Positions 49,201-63,380 of a stretch of DNA of 64,000 nt are shown here, one piece after another (position 1 is the first letter of the stretch; each line of letters starts with the position of its first letter). The notes under the pieces were generated by a model. It was not told the origin of the DNA. It searched no databases and saw only the letters and a list, made by a program, of their open reading frames with translations. Origin of the DNA: Tubiluchus corallicola (Eukaryota; Animalia; Priapulida); assembly GCA_030141605.1 (NCBI GenBank), contig JAQGDQ010000095.1, positions 372,001 through 436,000 of the forward strand. The letters are read 5' to 3'. The translations under genes were made by a program, and so were the position numbers.

Positions 49201-52200
49201 AAAAACAATACAATCACTAACATTCAGACTGATCAGACTGATAAGCCTCTAGTGACATAAGTAAATGTAAAATGGAACTAGCAGATGTATTATTGCAGAC
49301 AAAAAATTGATTTCTAGATGTGCAGTTGTGTGTGTTAGGTGACAAAATTTCTGAGAGAAAACTGGTATCTTTTTAGAACAGCTCGTCAATCTGCTGAAGA
49401 ATGAAAATCTCACCTTATTACTTTAAACTTACAAGGTCAAGGTAAAAATTTTCATTAAAAATAACCCATTTGCAAGCATAGTCACAGCAGCCCAAAAATT
49501 AATTTGCAATATATTTCAATCACTTTTTGTTAGGATTTATACAAATAAACAATCATATTTTGTCCAGTTTTGCTTACTGCAAGGTAGTCCAATACTAAAT
49601 AGCGGGGACGGGACTTAGCTCATTGTCATGGACAGCCCTCTAAGATGAGATACTCACAGTGAACAGACAATGGTGTCTTAACCACATTTGAAGTGCATAT
49701 GCACACTCCACAAATGCTAAAAAATACTTTGAAGCAATCAGTCATCCATTTTCAAATTATACAAAATTTATAAGTCCCTCACTGCCTTTTCGGCTATTAA
49801 GCAAACATCATGACCAACTCAGGTATTCCACTCACTTTAAGTTCGTACAAGAAAACTATCTTGCAAAGTTAATGCATAACTAAATGCAGTATAACCTGTA
49901 TATTATTTCATGCAGCTTTTCACATGCACTAGAAACATTTGTTTTTTAATCCAGGTCAGTTTTTGCAAAAGAATAATATAAAAACAAATGCATCACATTA
50001 TTGTAGTCTAAGCATGCAGCCTGGACTGGACCATGTACAAAAAGCAGAAATAGAAACTTACAAAGCTTGGTTCGAGTTTGTCTTTCACGAAGGCATTGAA
50101 CAAATTCCACCATTGCTGCAATAGCTCCCCTGCATATGTACAGTCTGACTGCTCTACGCCTTTAGTTTGCGCATTGAACCTGTAGTGCCAGGGTTTCTTG
50201 GAGCCAAGAAAGTGTACCACTTTCACACCTTTTCCAAATCTGTCAAAGTTATACTCAAAATAAGATGCAAAAGACATACAAAATATAAACATGGTAACTG
50301 TAAATGCTTGGTGCCTCTGCCATTCAACAATGGTAATTTCTATAATAGAAAACAAAATAATTACTAAACATGTTATCAAGGTATGTCTTTGATAACATAT
50401 TAGTAGTAACAATCACGAAATTAGTATAACAAGCAAACTCACTGTTTGTATGCTGGAAGGTATGTATACGTGGCACTTGCTGTCATGTTATAAATAAAAG
50501 ACAAATGTTTTCTAATGTCTGAAGTTGCCCAGTCACCGAAGAATGTGTTGAGCAATCCTTGGTCACCACCTGTAAATAATATAAATAAAATTTTGAAAAT
50601 CTAGAAAATAATAATTCATGAATTGAAATTTTCAGTTTAAGTGTTTTGCACACTAAATAAAATAGTATAGAAGGTTATAGTTCATAAAATTGCAAGCAAA
50701 AGCTGTAAAAAGGTAAGTCAGTATGCAGTTGCAATATTTAAGCCAACACTACTTTTACAGAAGCTCTGCATGAAACTTCATCGATTAACTTTGCCAATTA
50801 TGAGATAAAGTGCTCCTGACTTTTACCACAAAATGTTGCAGTTCATTGAAGTCCCAATATTTTATTTGGAAAAATAAATTGTGCAATGTTTCCGAGGAAT
50901 TTAATACAAATCAAAACAAAACAAAAATACCAAATCTTCAAAGAGAGCACATTGAAATAAGTAATTAACCAAATATACAAACAGTTACTGGTACAAAAAT
51001 AAAAATCCTTTATAACATAGCTCCATAGCAAACATAAACCTACAGTAGACCAAGTGTCATTGCATCCTCTTAAGCTTAGTGTAAACATGCAAACACATTT
51101 TTAATAAAATATTTTACACCATGGCTAAGGCATCATATTGCTATCTATAGTTAATATTTTTCAGCTAGTATAACTATACATGAGCAAATATTGTACACAT
51201 GCCCTATTTTTCACAGTATAACATAGACTGCAGGCATCAAACTTGCTCACCAAATAACACTTACACATAAACATAACATTTATCTTTCAATTTTTAGTTT
51301 TTGAATAAGTTTTACTACATTTCAAATATGTGCTGGTGTGCAAATGTGCTTGGTTCTTTTGATACAATAATCTATTACGTGAAGGAATAACAATGTTATC
51401 CACATGAAATATGTTGCTAAACACTTAGTAACTATTTGTTCAACTTTTAAATGTGGCTTGAGAGAAACTAGTGGATCTCCGAATTGTTGCATATAAAGAA
51501 AAATACATAGATGAAGCAAAAATTCACAATAAATGTAAAATGCTTAAATATGAAAGAGCTAATAGATTACCATCAAAGCTGCCTTTATCAAGAGCACAGC
51601 GAAGAAGAGCCGTGTATGTTTCCTGTGATGGTTGGAAAACAAATACTCCAGAGTTGAAGCAGTCGGGCCAGCCAATGTCTGGTGCTGCTGATAGTTCCTC
51701 TCTCTCAAACAACTCATCAACATTAGCTAACACCTATAAGACATTTAATAAATGTTTTCATGCGTATGTCAAAGCATCGAAATATATTCGTAAGTTTACT
51801 TTGAATTCATGTGCATTAAACATGTAATAATTAAAATAAACAGTAAAAACTATAGTTTGTAAAAGCAAGTAATGAGGGATAACCAATATCGAATATAACA
51901 CCCTGTTAAACGCAAAAACAAATTCTCAACTTTGATGTTATTAGATAGCATATTTTAATAAAGCCATTCTGAGGGCATCGAACCTTGAACTTTTTGACAA
52001 AGACTGCATGCACTTGTAATTTGCAAACTAACATCAATTCTGAGCAATAGCAAGATCATAGCAGGACATATGGCTTTAAACTGAACAGGCCCACATGCAA
52101 ATCATTCTGCTTAAAAATATGCTCTGGTCTGTTGTTCATTATAGCTGTTTGGCTTTGGACCACAATTCTGACTGCAAGTGCATGCTAATACATTGAAATC

Positions 52201-54978
52201 CTAGCTATGTTGGCAGCAAGAACACAATATTGGGAGGCACACATCTAGCAATTACACAACTATATTGAAGTCCAGCTGCCATGCATGTGCAAGGAGTGCC
52301 AAGGACCACACATTTGTATCAAACTGGAAGGTTTTGCGACTTTTGCCAGTTTGTTTTCCTGACTGATTGAGTCTGGCATCACAGTTGTTTCAAAAATTAT
52401 TCTTCACCAAATATTTATTCAAATAACAAATTTGCTGGAACTGCAAACAGGATGTAACAAATAATAGCATCCTTTTGCAACTGTAGATGTAAAACAGCCT
52501 GCCATGTTGAGTATGTCAGGCTAAGACCGCCAGCCTACTGCATTGCAAATAAGTAACAATTCTTTGCCTTTCATTTGTAAAAAGGTGAACTTCATCTAAA
52601 ATCGATGCTTTAATAATCTATCCTTTAATAATAAGTGTAATAACATTCTTGTAGCCCCTACTCCACGGGTCTCAGTCTACATAAATTTGGTGATTGTGGG
52701 CACTATATTTTTGGAGTAGACAGGGGGTCCATTGGAGCAATGAATAAACAGTTTGTAAATAAGAAGACTACAGTGTATTGTAGAATCTTAAATACACGCC
52801 TGTAGCATGTTTCTTGTATTTGTATGAGTGTATTTTGGTTATTGTATGCCCTGTTTTACTGTAGTTCAGTAATTTTAGTTTTAGGTTTTAATCTGTAGTT
52901 TTAATGTCTTTGTGTATGGGGTGTGTCAAAAGCCTGTCTACACTTTTTTTTATTTCCTTTTAGCTTTTCATTCAATCGTAACCAACTTTGGCATCAATCA
53001 CAAGCAGTTTTTGACAATTTTTCTTTTTGACCAAACACTTATTGCTAAAGTTAAAAATGAGGTGAAAAATCTTAGCCGTTACCCTAACAAGAGGTTCTTC
53101 ACTCATAAACTGGAGTGCAGCGGAAATTCAGAACAGCATATCGACCACACTCGGTTCTCACTACAGACAATGCAGTTTTGTGAAAGACTTTTTCAAAACA
53201 AGCTATCCGATTTACACTGGGTTGGAACTTGTGGAAAGTTAGGACTTGACAGATTTTACATCCCTACAATGTTCTAACAACAGGCTAAACTTTATACAAA
53301 AAGACGTGGAGCACCTTCAATCGACTTTCATGAACTCAAAATAACAATTAGAGATTGCTGTGTAAACATTTAACTGGAAATGCTTGCTGATATTGAAAAT
53401 GCACATGTTAATAATTAATGGAAGTGCTTTGAATGAAGAAGATACCGAAAATAGAGAAGCCTACTGTAGTTCTTTCAGATATTTGTCTAATTTGACAGAA
53501 ACTATTGTCAAACATTTTATGTGATTGTACCAATTTTCAAAAATTCTGCTTTGGTTAAAAAATAAAAACCAAAGGATATATTGACTTCAGAGACAATCTG
53601 TAGTATGGACTTTACAACAGACTTTCTAAAATATTGTGAATTTTTGTTAATGTTGTCAATAATATTTGCAATTAATTAGTATTACATTGAGAAACATAAG
53701 TTTTAACTGCTGCTCTGATATTTCATCAGTAATTAAAAAGCACATTAGTGTTACTCAGAAATTGGCCTCTTTGGTTTTGTGTAATGTAGTAAAAAAACTA
53801 AAACATCTTATAAAGGTAATAGTCGTAATTTGAGCTTAGACTTAGTTGACCTGACTAGTTCAGTAAAAAGTCCGATATTCAATAAGTTTTGGCTTAGCAT
53901 AAATGGTTTTGACTTGCTTCTGCTTCAGGAAAATGAAAAATTCAGATTTGGTTTCGAAGACAGTTTTTAGATTCTGTATAGCCCTGCTGCTTCTTCACAC
54001 GTACGCACAATTAAATGTGTCCTAAAAGAAACTTTTTTACTAATAATTAAAGCCACATCAAGTTAAAGTCAGTCAATTTCTGGCGCAATTGTTAGGATTA
54101 GACATATCATATAAAGCAATTCCAGAACACAAACATAATAACCATCCAAAAAACTATGTGGTAGAAAAGGAGAGAAGAAAGAAACTTGTAAATGAAACCA
54201 TATGTATGTGGTTCGCCCAATGGAGCCAGAACATTCCATCAAGAAGCCACCTACCAGTGCATCAGCATCCATAAACACACATTTTTTGTACTGTGTAAGT
54301 GTCCAAGCATGTAACTTCGTAAGGGTTACGCCTAGTTCAGGTCGAGACATAAGGGCTAAGTGTGCTTCATCTTTGCTGTCCATCACATCAACTACTTGAA
54401 TTAAATTGAAAGCATCTTGTAAATGGACTCTGAAAACAAGAAAAAAAAGTTTTCTGATGCAGGCAAAAACGAGAGGCTCCTTCGTCTGTATTAGCTCTAT
54501 AATAAATGTACTGGATTGCAACATTAGAATTGTAAACACTGGCAGTTGTGTAACACTTTTGCAATAGTGCTATCTTTTGATAAAAATGGAAGCACGTAAA
54601 GCCTATTAAATGACCTTTAAAAATATGGGCTTGCAAATTTGTAACTCACTTAAATTTTGTTCGTAAATAAACACAGTACACAAAAGTGAGGTTATCACGT
54701 CTGCACAAGAACGTTATTGCATAATTCAAAAAGAAATAAACAAAAATATCAAATTAATTAAATATTTCCAATAAAAATTTATTTGTAATTGTTTTGCTAA
54801 CACTGCTAACTTTTGAAAAATTGAAAATTCTTTAACCTCATGGCCTGAGAAACACCGGGTGTTATAAGACAAGCTAACTGACGACCTGTTCCAGATTGAC
54901 GTATGGACTGTGCAAGAACCAATGCACCAATGGCGTACGAATCATTAGTCGCCAAGGTAACGAATGCTTCATCCATAA
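46286..54978 (-). CDS. GYG1: Glycogenin (GT8 self-glucosylating initiator of glycogen synthesis), about 330 aa
   Basis: Exons on the minus strand: 54978-54837 (internal ATG at 54976), 54429-54255, 51733-51571, 50569-50443, 50239-50062, candidate microexon 49155-49132, and 46468-46286. Phases are compatible. Motifs: [79 protein letters not shown] (acceptor Tyr region), [11 protein letters not shown], and the C-terminal [17 protein letters not shown] glycogen-synthase-binding motif. Confidence 0.96.
47494..47777. repeat. Perfect-looking tandem duplication, 2 x 142 bp, in the last glycogenin intron
   Basis: The unit aaacactagcaatcagtactgc...gttgagactgcatttatg starts at 47494 and 47636. Confidence 0.95.
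47914..48767. mobile_element. Tigger/pogo-like non-autonomous element
   Basis: TIRs CAGCAAGTCCTCGCTTAAC and GTTAAGCAACGACTTACTG, flanked by TA on both sides. Confidence 0.8.
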
Positions 54979-56268
54979 CTGGAAGACATAAAATTAAGAC
55001 ATGAACTATATGGGGTAACTGCGAAACAAATTGCACAAAAAGAATGTTAAGCAAAAGAAAAAGTTGATGATGATAACAATGATGATAACATCAGCCAGAT
55101 GTTAGTTGCTGTCAGCCAAAAATGTATATTTTACACACAACATACACAGTGATGGAGACAGCATAGGATAAAACAAACAGGTTCAAAATGACAATAAAAA
55201 TTATAGCATCTTAATTAACCAAGTTTATGAAAACGAATATCCTTAGACCAGCTTGGAGAAGTAACTGTTGTTATTTTTCAATGCAGTCTTACTATAAAAA
55301 CATTTCAGTTCGACAAACTATTGGGATTTGGGACTTGAACTCTATTCAAGATTTCTGTTGTCTGTGCAGCAGCAAGTTCACTAATCACAGTTTACAAGTA
55401 AAAAGAAATTAACAGTCATAATCTAATTAAAAAAGCGAATTTTTAGGAACTTTTGAAATGCTCAGCACAATGTAGTGTGTTTGTTTTAAATAAGCCTATT
55501 TAGCACAAGTTTATTAATTGGAGGAAGAACAAAACAGATTTGGTAAATAAAGATACTGTGCGATGAAAAAAAACTCGTCATGTATAGCCAAAGATTTTAT
55601 TTATTTATGTAGGCTTCAAATTCTAACAAACTGTATATCAGCTAATTCGACATCTAAGACGTCCATGCTGTGAGTGCGTACAGAAAACGCAAAGCTATTA
55701 TGCTGTTAAATTGGTATGTTTCACTACAATAAAAATAATTTGCCCATACCATAGAAAACCGAAACTGTAAATCTTTACCAAAATCGACGCGCCCATTTAA
55801 AAATGAGTGGCTGATGAAAGCGCACTGAGTAGGCGCTATTTGTAGATTAGGCCAAGGTGAAGCTAAGAAACCCGCTTGCTGCAGAAATTTTGTGTAGATG
55901 ACAAGGGCTGGTGCAGCTCTGAACCTCGCACACAAGCTTCCCCAATATACGAAAATAGCTGTGCCAAATATACTATGCATATCAGATGACTAGGGCATGT
56001 AAAAGTACAGTTAAATGCCCGACTGTGGGTTGGGAATTCCGTCACAAACCACGTGAAGTCGATTTCCTGGCCAGTCGCACAACAAAATACGCGATATGTT
56101 TACTGTACATGGCAATAAACTAATAATGCGCCGCTACTGAATATAATAAAGTGACAAAACGACGACAGGTGTTATTGATTTGCACTACTCATTAACACAA
56201 TTATAAACAGGATCACATTAACGAGCAGTTTTGGCACAAAATATATAATTGCTTATTTTAATGCTTAC

Positions 56269-56360
56269 TCATAGTAACACAAGAACGTTAATGGTCGTCC
56301 CAGGAAGCCGTTATAACTTCTCCCACGCGAGGGATAAAAACCGGAAACGGTCGAGAACAC
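56269..56360 (-). other. Candidate glycogenin first exon A (ATG A|GTAAGC)
   Basis: A strong phase-1 donor that is in frame with exon 54978 (giving MIMDEAF), set in CpG-richer sequence that includes CCGGAA. The 5' boundary is approximate. Confidence 0.4.
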
Positions 56361-57215
56361 CACTTATTCTTAGCTAGATACTGGACAGCAGAAAAATGTA
56401 CAGTTGTGGTGATGCTTTAGCATGACGGAATGTTATGCATGAATGACTTGGGTCATAATCAAATTTCATAAGGATCGCATTACGTATTGGTACTGTACGT
56501 TTACACTGTACGTACCACGTATAACACACTTCTGGTACACAGCAAACTACATATTATATATTGATCGCTTTGCTCTATATACCCAATATCTTATATCATC
56601 AAAGACCTGTACTAAGCTAACAACTAAAACGAAAACCTGCATTATTGTTATTTAAACAGAATCATTTTAAGACAAATAAAAGAAATAATTTGATCATAAT
56701 TAATTTCATTGTGTTGTGTTCTATAGTTTCACACTCACTTTTGACTTGGCAATCATTCTCCGCCTACGCCAGTTACTTAAAGCAGATGAAGTAAAAGCAG
56801 TACGTTTAACCATGTAAAAAAGAGAAGGTTCTAATGCAGCATTTTCAAACGGACGAGATAATCTAAAGTTTAAAACAGGTTTGATTCCACCCATGCAGCA
56901 AACTTGATTAATTCAGTAATAATGGTCGAGTTAAATCAATTTTGATGTTTGTTTGTTCGGAGGAGGGTGCAACTGGGAACGATAACCCGGTGCTGAAAGG
57001 CGAGGCCCATAGAAGAATCACAGCAAGGTTTGAGAGAGTGCATGAAAAGTCGTAGCAGCAAACAATGTAGGTCCCAATGCAATAACCAATGCACGCTTAT
57101 TTATTACCTTGCCATGTGAATGGCAAAAATACAATTTAGTCAAATGTACAAGCCAAAATTAATAGACCTAGTTTTTGAACTAATGACAAGTTTTAAAATC
57201 TAAAGTGGCATTTAC

Positions 57216-57250
57216 CTGGCATCCGGAATGCGCATGCGTTATGCGAATGG
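57216..57250 (-). other. Candidate glycogenin first exon B (ATG CCA G|GTAAAT) next to an NRF1-like TGCGCATGCG palindrome
   Basis: Seven coding nucleotides in phase 1, in frame with exon 54978 (giving MPVMDEAF). The 5' boundary is approximate. Confidence 0.4.
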
Positions 57251-60200
57251 GAATAGATAAAATCGGTTTATACTGTTTTCAATGTACCCGTTTATCAGAT
57301 CTATGTTATTGTTCAACCATTTTTTATGCGGACGGACAAATTCATTTTCATCATGGAGAAAATGCTATGTAAACGCGCGCTATAAAGATTAGACCTGGTT
57401 TGTACGACAAAAGTAATCTCAAATACAGTAACAGAGGTTTTACAAGGTAGCGGTGGGTCGAAGTAGCCTTTGAAGTCAATATAGTGAAAGTAGTATATCT
57501 AGTTTTTGTTGTAAAGTTATATGATTTATAATACATACTTACACACACCTTATTAGAACAATATATCGACTTTGTCCTGAAAATGTCCTTACATAGATGT
57601 GCTGTTACAATGGAAAACATATAAGCTACAAAATATTATTAAGTTATTTAATAAAATGCGCTTTTTTATCTGACATGAAAACAATAGATCAATTTAAATT
57701 CCACTGGACAGCACGCTGTAAAATTGTAATTATATGTGCCTGCAAAATAAGTTTTGCACAAGATTTCATTGGAACTGCAACTCTTTGGCTTCACCACCAA
57801 GTGAAAAGTAGCAAGTTAAAGCCCACCAGTACTTTGCTGCACTAAACAAACAGGAGAAATAAAGTTAATTTATGAAAGCTTGTGTAGTACTCAATGTTGA
57901 ATTCACCTTATGCTATCCAAATTTTTATTGCAAATTAATTTTATTAATAATTACAATTATTATTAATTACATATAATATGGTACTATTATATAATACTAA
58001 TATAATATATAATTACGCATAATAACAATCATCAAAATTTTTAATACTGTAATAATTTCATGCTACGGTACAGTTAATTAGTTGTTGGCTTTTTTATTTT
58101 AACGTAACAACAAGGCACTGTTCAGTTGAAATGCAACACTGAACATTTATCAAGTAAAATTGAGAAAGTTGCAGGCTGCATTCTCAAATAACTTAGGCAC
58201 TTTTCTTCATCCATTACAACTTATTGCAATTCGCCTTGGTGTTCATGGTTTTCAAAAACTGGTTGAACCTAAAAACGATGTTGTCGCTTCCTGTATAGCC
58301 TATTTGCTTGTTTCTTTAACCACCAGAGCAAAATAATTCTTCTATAGGTCTCTCATTTCTACACTCTCGCGCTAAAAATTTTGCCGCATTCGTGATGTAT
58401 TGTATGGAATGAGTACGGAAGTACTGGAAACAACTGTTGCGGATGTAAAACGTGTGGACAGAAAAGTCTGTGTATGCACGTGTCTGTGCGGACGCAGTGG
58501 AAACGCGGCCTTATGCGTTATTTTTTCTGCAACTTTTTATACGCAGCTATTCCACAGGAGAATAATGCATAGCGCATGTGAAAGTGAACACCACTTAGCT
58601 GGCAAAACTGTGTGTAGCTCGAATTGTGCTTAGCTTGACAGGATGCACTATAACGTCCAGTTTTCACATTCCAGTTAGTTGATCTTTTGCCATGCCATGG
58701 TCCATGATAGGCTAAAACTAAGCAGTGTCAAATTTTTGTTAACAATCATAATTGTTATCGCAATTCTTTAGGAGAAACTGTCCAAAAACACTTAACATTT
58801 GCATAGAATCGTGTACAATGACAATCCCAAAATAAGAGGCCCTTGCAAACCACCCATATTTTTTGCAAATAGAAGATAAAAATTATTGCTGACTCAGTGA
58901 CGACAACATGGCAAAATGGCAGATTTTTAATACAATATCCAACTATTATTGTTTTTATATAGTCTGACATTCTGCAATCGAGCATTCAGCACTCAGAGGA
59001 AGGCGCACCCAATACCAACAACACACGGGACCTGACAAGTGACAAATTATTACTTCAACCACATTCAGATGCAAATAGCCATCTGCATGGCACATAAACT
59101 GTCCATGAGTTTTCTTGGCAAGCGTACTGTCAGCTAGGCATAACCCTAGCCCATCTCTTTCTACAACTGCCAATTTTTGCTGCATTTATGAGATCATGGA
59201 ACTATTACAGTATTTTGCTGGTGAGCATAACTGTGGAGAAATTGTAAGAAAGATATATTACAAAATAAAATTAATAAATAAAAATCAGAACAACAAGTAA
59301 AAACAACAAACTGCATTTCAAGTTTCGATGCGAAAATAAATACAGCAGTCCAGACTGATGGAAAAAACAGTTTGACTGTTTGTTGTGAGAGTGGTAGACT
59401 GGTAGCTGAGATCAATATTAAAAATCTAAAAATAAGCAAGTTTTATTACATACAGGTTTCTAACACAAGTTGATGGAGGTCTGAGAGGCAAGAAATCTGT
59501 TAACGATTTTACAAACTGGCATTGTACAAAGAAGTGTATTGTACCAAACCCAAAAATTTGCGTATTGCAGTAAAACGTGAATCTAAAATCTTTTTCCCGT
59601 TTGTCCCAAAATTATCCCATACCAAAAATCTACCCTAAGGGGTTTAAATACAACTGGCTTAAACTCAAACTGCGGATGGCTGAACTCTGCATGACAGTAT
59701 GAGGTTCATAGATTAACTAAGTCAAGATACCAAAAATGCATATTATTGCCTCCTTTTCAGTTCTCTCCATATTCTATATACTACATGTAGGGTACCAACA
59801 CTCAATACCACAACCAATGACGTCAAAAAATGTGCTAATTGATGCAACGCAGGCACCAATTCATATCAAGTGAATTATCCTAGTGGGTAATGTTATAAAT
59901 TATTTATTAAGATAAATGAATAAACAATTATCTTTATAAGCAATCAATAACAACCTGTGACTCTCAAGAGAACTTTGCACTGATGCAATATTACTAGTAA
60001 AATATGTTTATATGGGCACTGACAGTCACTGTTAGCGAACTATAACATTACTATAATTTAGTATCAATTAGCGTAAAGCAAAAATGGAATGCAATAAATA
60101 TACGTAAATTTAAACACAAGCTCACAACATTTTGCTGCAGTGTAAAAACATAATGAAGTTACCCATACTGACGATTATGACACAACATGCACAACACATC

Positions 60201-61179
60201 AGAAAGCTAAAGCCTTGGACCACATGATTCACTACATTGAACTGATTTGTTTGAGTAATGGTGCAATCTAACAATCATAAATATAGTTGTTTCAATGAAG
60301 CAGGCTTTTTACAATTGTCTGTAGACTCTGTACATATTCCAGGCAACTCCGTGAAGTCATAAGCATGGTACTGAATTCCGTTTTTGTGGAATGCAGATAA
60401 TAAAATTGTACGGTGTAAACCGGGTAGTAATGGTAAATTTGCCAAGGGCAGTTAAAAACCCATTGTAAATGTCCAAGTGAAATTTTACTGACACCTTGCC
60501 AACAGTTAAAGTCAGAGTACTGTGCTACCCATGTGCTGAGTTTTGGCCACATATTGTGCTACTAGCTAGAAGAACTGATAGATCTTGGCAGATCAGTTAT
60601 GCAGAATAGTAATTTTATTGGAAATAGCTGACTTTTGATATAGGAGGGGGTACTATGTTGCCATGCTGTGTACAAACAATCACAAGAAAGGCAATATTTT
60701 ACTGCCATTTTAAAATGAAGTTTGAAGTAGCATATTTCTTTGCATGTGAAGGCTGAAAACAGCAAGACACTGCACTGTCACACCTTACAGTTCAAAAAGT
60801 GAACTGCACTTGTTATTTTCTGAATTCATTATTAAATCAACATTGCACTATTTGAACGTTGGCTACCTCTGCAGGAGTGCTTGCTTTAATAGTGCATTTC
60901 ATTAATATGTAGCAAAAGCATTGTAATCATTAATTTATTTATACAGTTTCATTTGATTTGGAATTTTTTTTTGGAAAGTTTGTCAAAGTAAAAGAAAAAT
61001 ATAAGAAAATATTTACGCATCTGTCAAAGTCAAGAAGATGTTTTAGTTAGAATACTGGAAGCCCACATATTTGGTTTCTTTGCAGTTCCATGTTATTTTC
61101 CTAATGTTAAACTATGAAAAGTTTTATTACATCTACAGTTTTGCATATTTCATATTTTTGCCTTCTATATTAGCTCATG

Positions 61180-62003
61180 CAGACGAACCTCTTTATACTG
61201 CCCCTCATTATAATGCCAGCCTCGCTATAAAGCCAACCTTTGGCTTGTCAAGATTTCCATAATGCATTAAATATAAGGAATAATGCCAACGTATCTGCCA
61301 AAGTCTACCGCCATCCGAAAAAGTATCATTGTACCGCCTTACCAAGTTTATTTTAGCTAATAAATCTACCACATTATAGTACCAGCTAAGATAAAGCACA
61401 ATGAATTGCTGCTGAAAAGTAGCCATTGTATTGTAAAAGCAATGACCTCTGAACAAAAAAGTAATTATGATGCTTAAATTAAGATTTAGGTGATAGTAAG
61501 CAAGTGACTGTAAGAAAGTGAATCTTGAGGTTTTGAGCAAGAAGCATGCATTTTAAGAGTACAAGAGTTGCGTACCTAAGGTTCAGTACTGAGCTCATGT
61601 GAATTTAAAGGTTGTTAAAGCTGCTGCATGTACTGCTTTGACTCGAGGTCAAGTTATGTGCATTGGCTATTCTTAATTGTCCAGTAATGTTACGTTGGGA
61701 TGGGAGTGTAGGCCACGACTGATTGCATAATTGTCTTATCAGTTTGCTAATTACCAGTATTTTACAAGAATGCTTCTCCATATTGTGTTTCATAAAAATT
61801 TTGCAAGTTACTGCTGCATAGATAATAGATATAAGTACAATAATACTATATACTATTTATCACATATTAAAATGAAGTAGGAAACAAAATCGAGGTTACA
61901 CAATAAAATGGCTTTGATATTTGATAAAGCTCGCCTTCTGCCAATCCCGCTATAATGCCATATTTAGCGGTGTCCCAGACCTGGGTTATAACGAGGTTCG
62001 AAT
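61180..62003. mobile_element. Tigger/pogo-like non-autonomous element (old)
   Basis: Degenerate TIRs CAGACGAACCTCTTTATA and TTATAACGAGGTTCGAATA, with repeated subterminal CGCTATAA motifs; it abuts a (TA)n run. Confidence 0.6.
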
Positions 62004-62986
62004 ATATATATATATATATACATGTACATTTGCTCGTAGCCTGCAGCTGAAAACTAGATACCATAGTTCCCCTTTTTACAATTACTCTTTATCTGTAAAC
62101 ATAACAAAATGGATGTATATCATTGGCAGAAAAATAAAGTTAAAAGGAATCGACACATTCCATGCTGCCTACGAATCTAAAAAAATTAGGAATCTATGGA
62201 GATGATTTCCCGATAATTACTGAATCGTGTTATAAACATTCCTAGTAACCACTGAACCATTTGCAACAAAAAAACATATAAAATGAACTGTCTCAGTCTC
62301 TCACAGTCCCATGACGGTTTACTTTTAATTGGGACATCTAGGAAAAAAGACGGCAGAAAATTCGAAAAATCAGCTTTTTGACAATAAAGTTGTTTTCTGA
62401 TTTCAAATCTATACTATACATGACTAAGTTAATGGTATAACTTCTCTACTTTTCGTCCACGAACTTCACGCGAAAAAACAGAATTTTAGTGTAAAATGCA
62501 CAAGAGCTTTTACACTAAAACCATATAATCTATTTCGATAGATTTAATTCACTTTCATCTGCTCCCAGAAGAATACCAAACGTGTGGATCATCCAGTGGA
62601 AACCACGACTCCACGTAGGATTTCGCGTACGACATAAACCATGCAATGATAAGGCGTTCTTCCACATTAAAAACAAGAATTTAAAGCTAAAGCAGCAGCT
62701 AATATTGCGTCTATTCCACTTACTCTGTAAACTGCCCATCTTACTTCTCCTCGTTTTTGTCGACAAAAGCTTTCACTTGCAAAATGCAACCAACAAATTC
62801 ACTCCTATCGAAGCCCTCCTCCTCAGTCCTCACCAGCGACCGAAGCAAAAGACAGAAACTTCAGCTTTTCGTGAGCACCTATTTTTGCTTGTGCAATTCC
62901 GTGGAGCTAGAAACGCATCAGTGGTATCACGCCCGACCATGGTTATACGGTTTTACAGTTTCATGATTAGTACAAATGAACCATAT

Positions 62987-63380
62987 ATGGGGAAGGGGGA
63001 GCATTCTCTGCCGCAAAGCGAATTCGAATCGAATTTGTGACTTTCGACTTTTGAATTGAATTTTGGGATCTTCAATCTTAATAAAATTGGAATTCAGTTT
63101 TCAAGTTTTTCTAATAGCTGTAATAAAGCGGTCTCAAAAAGATCATGCAAATTACATGATTTTATTCTAAAGTAAAAACAGCAATTTTATTTATAAGTCA
63201 TATACAGAAATCACAGCTAAACTGTGCTGATTACATGATGCTTCAAATGTTTTAATAATAAAGAATGCATGTAGTTGAAGTGCTAAACTATCCATTCAAA
63301 TATATAATTTCAGGTTCGAAGCGAATTCAAACTAAAACATTCGAATTCAATTTGAGTCAAATGTTCGTTATTCCCCACTA
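62987..63380. mobile_element. Possible hAT-like MITE with subterminal GAATTCGAA repeats
   Basis: The ends tatggggaag...gagcatt and aatgttcgttattccccacta are loosely inverted, and gcgaattcgaatcgaa-type motifs cluster at both ends. Confidence 0.45.

Noticed and set aside
52912-53630. Possible Tc1/mariner remnant and 121-aa ORF in a glycogenin intron
   Set aside because: The terminal inverted match is weak and there are no transposase motifs.
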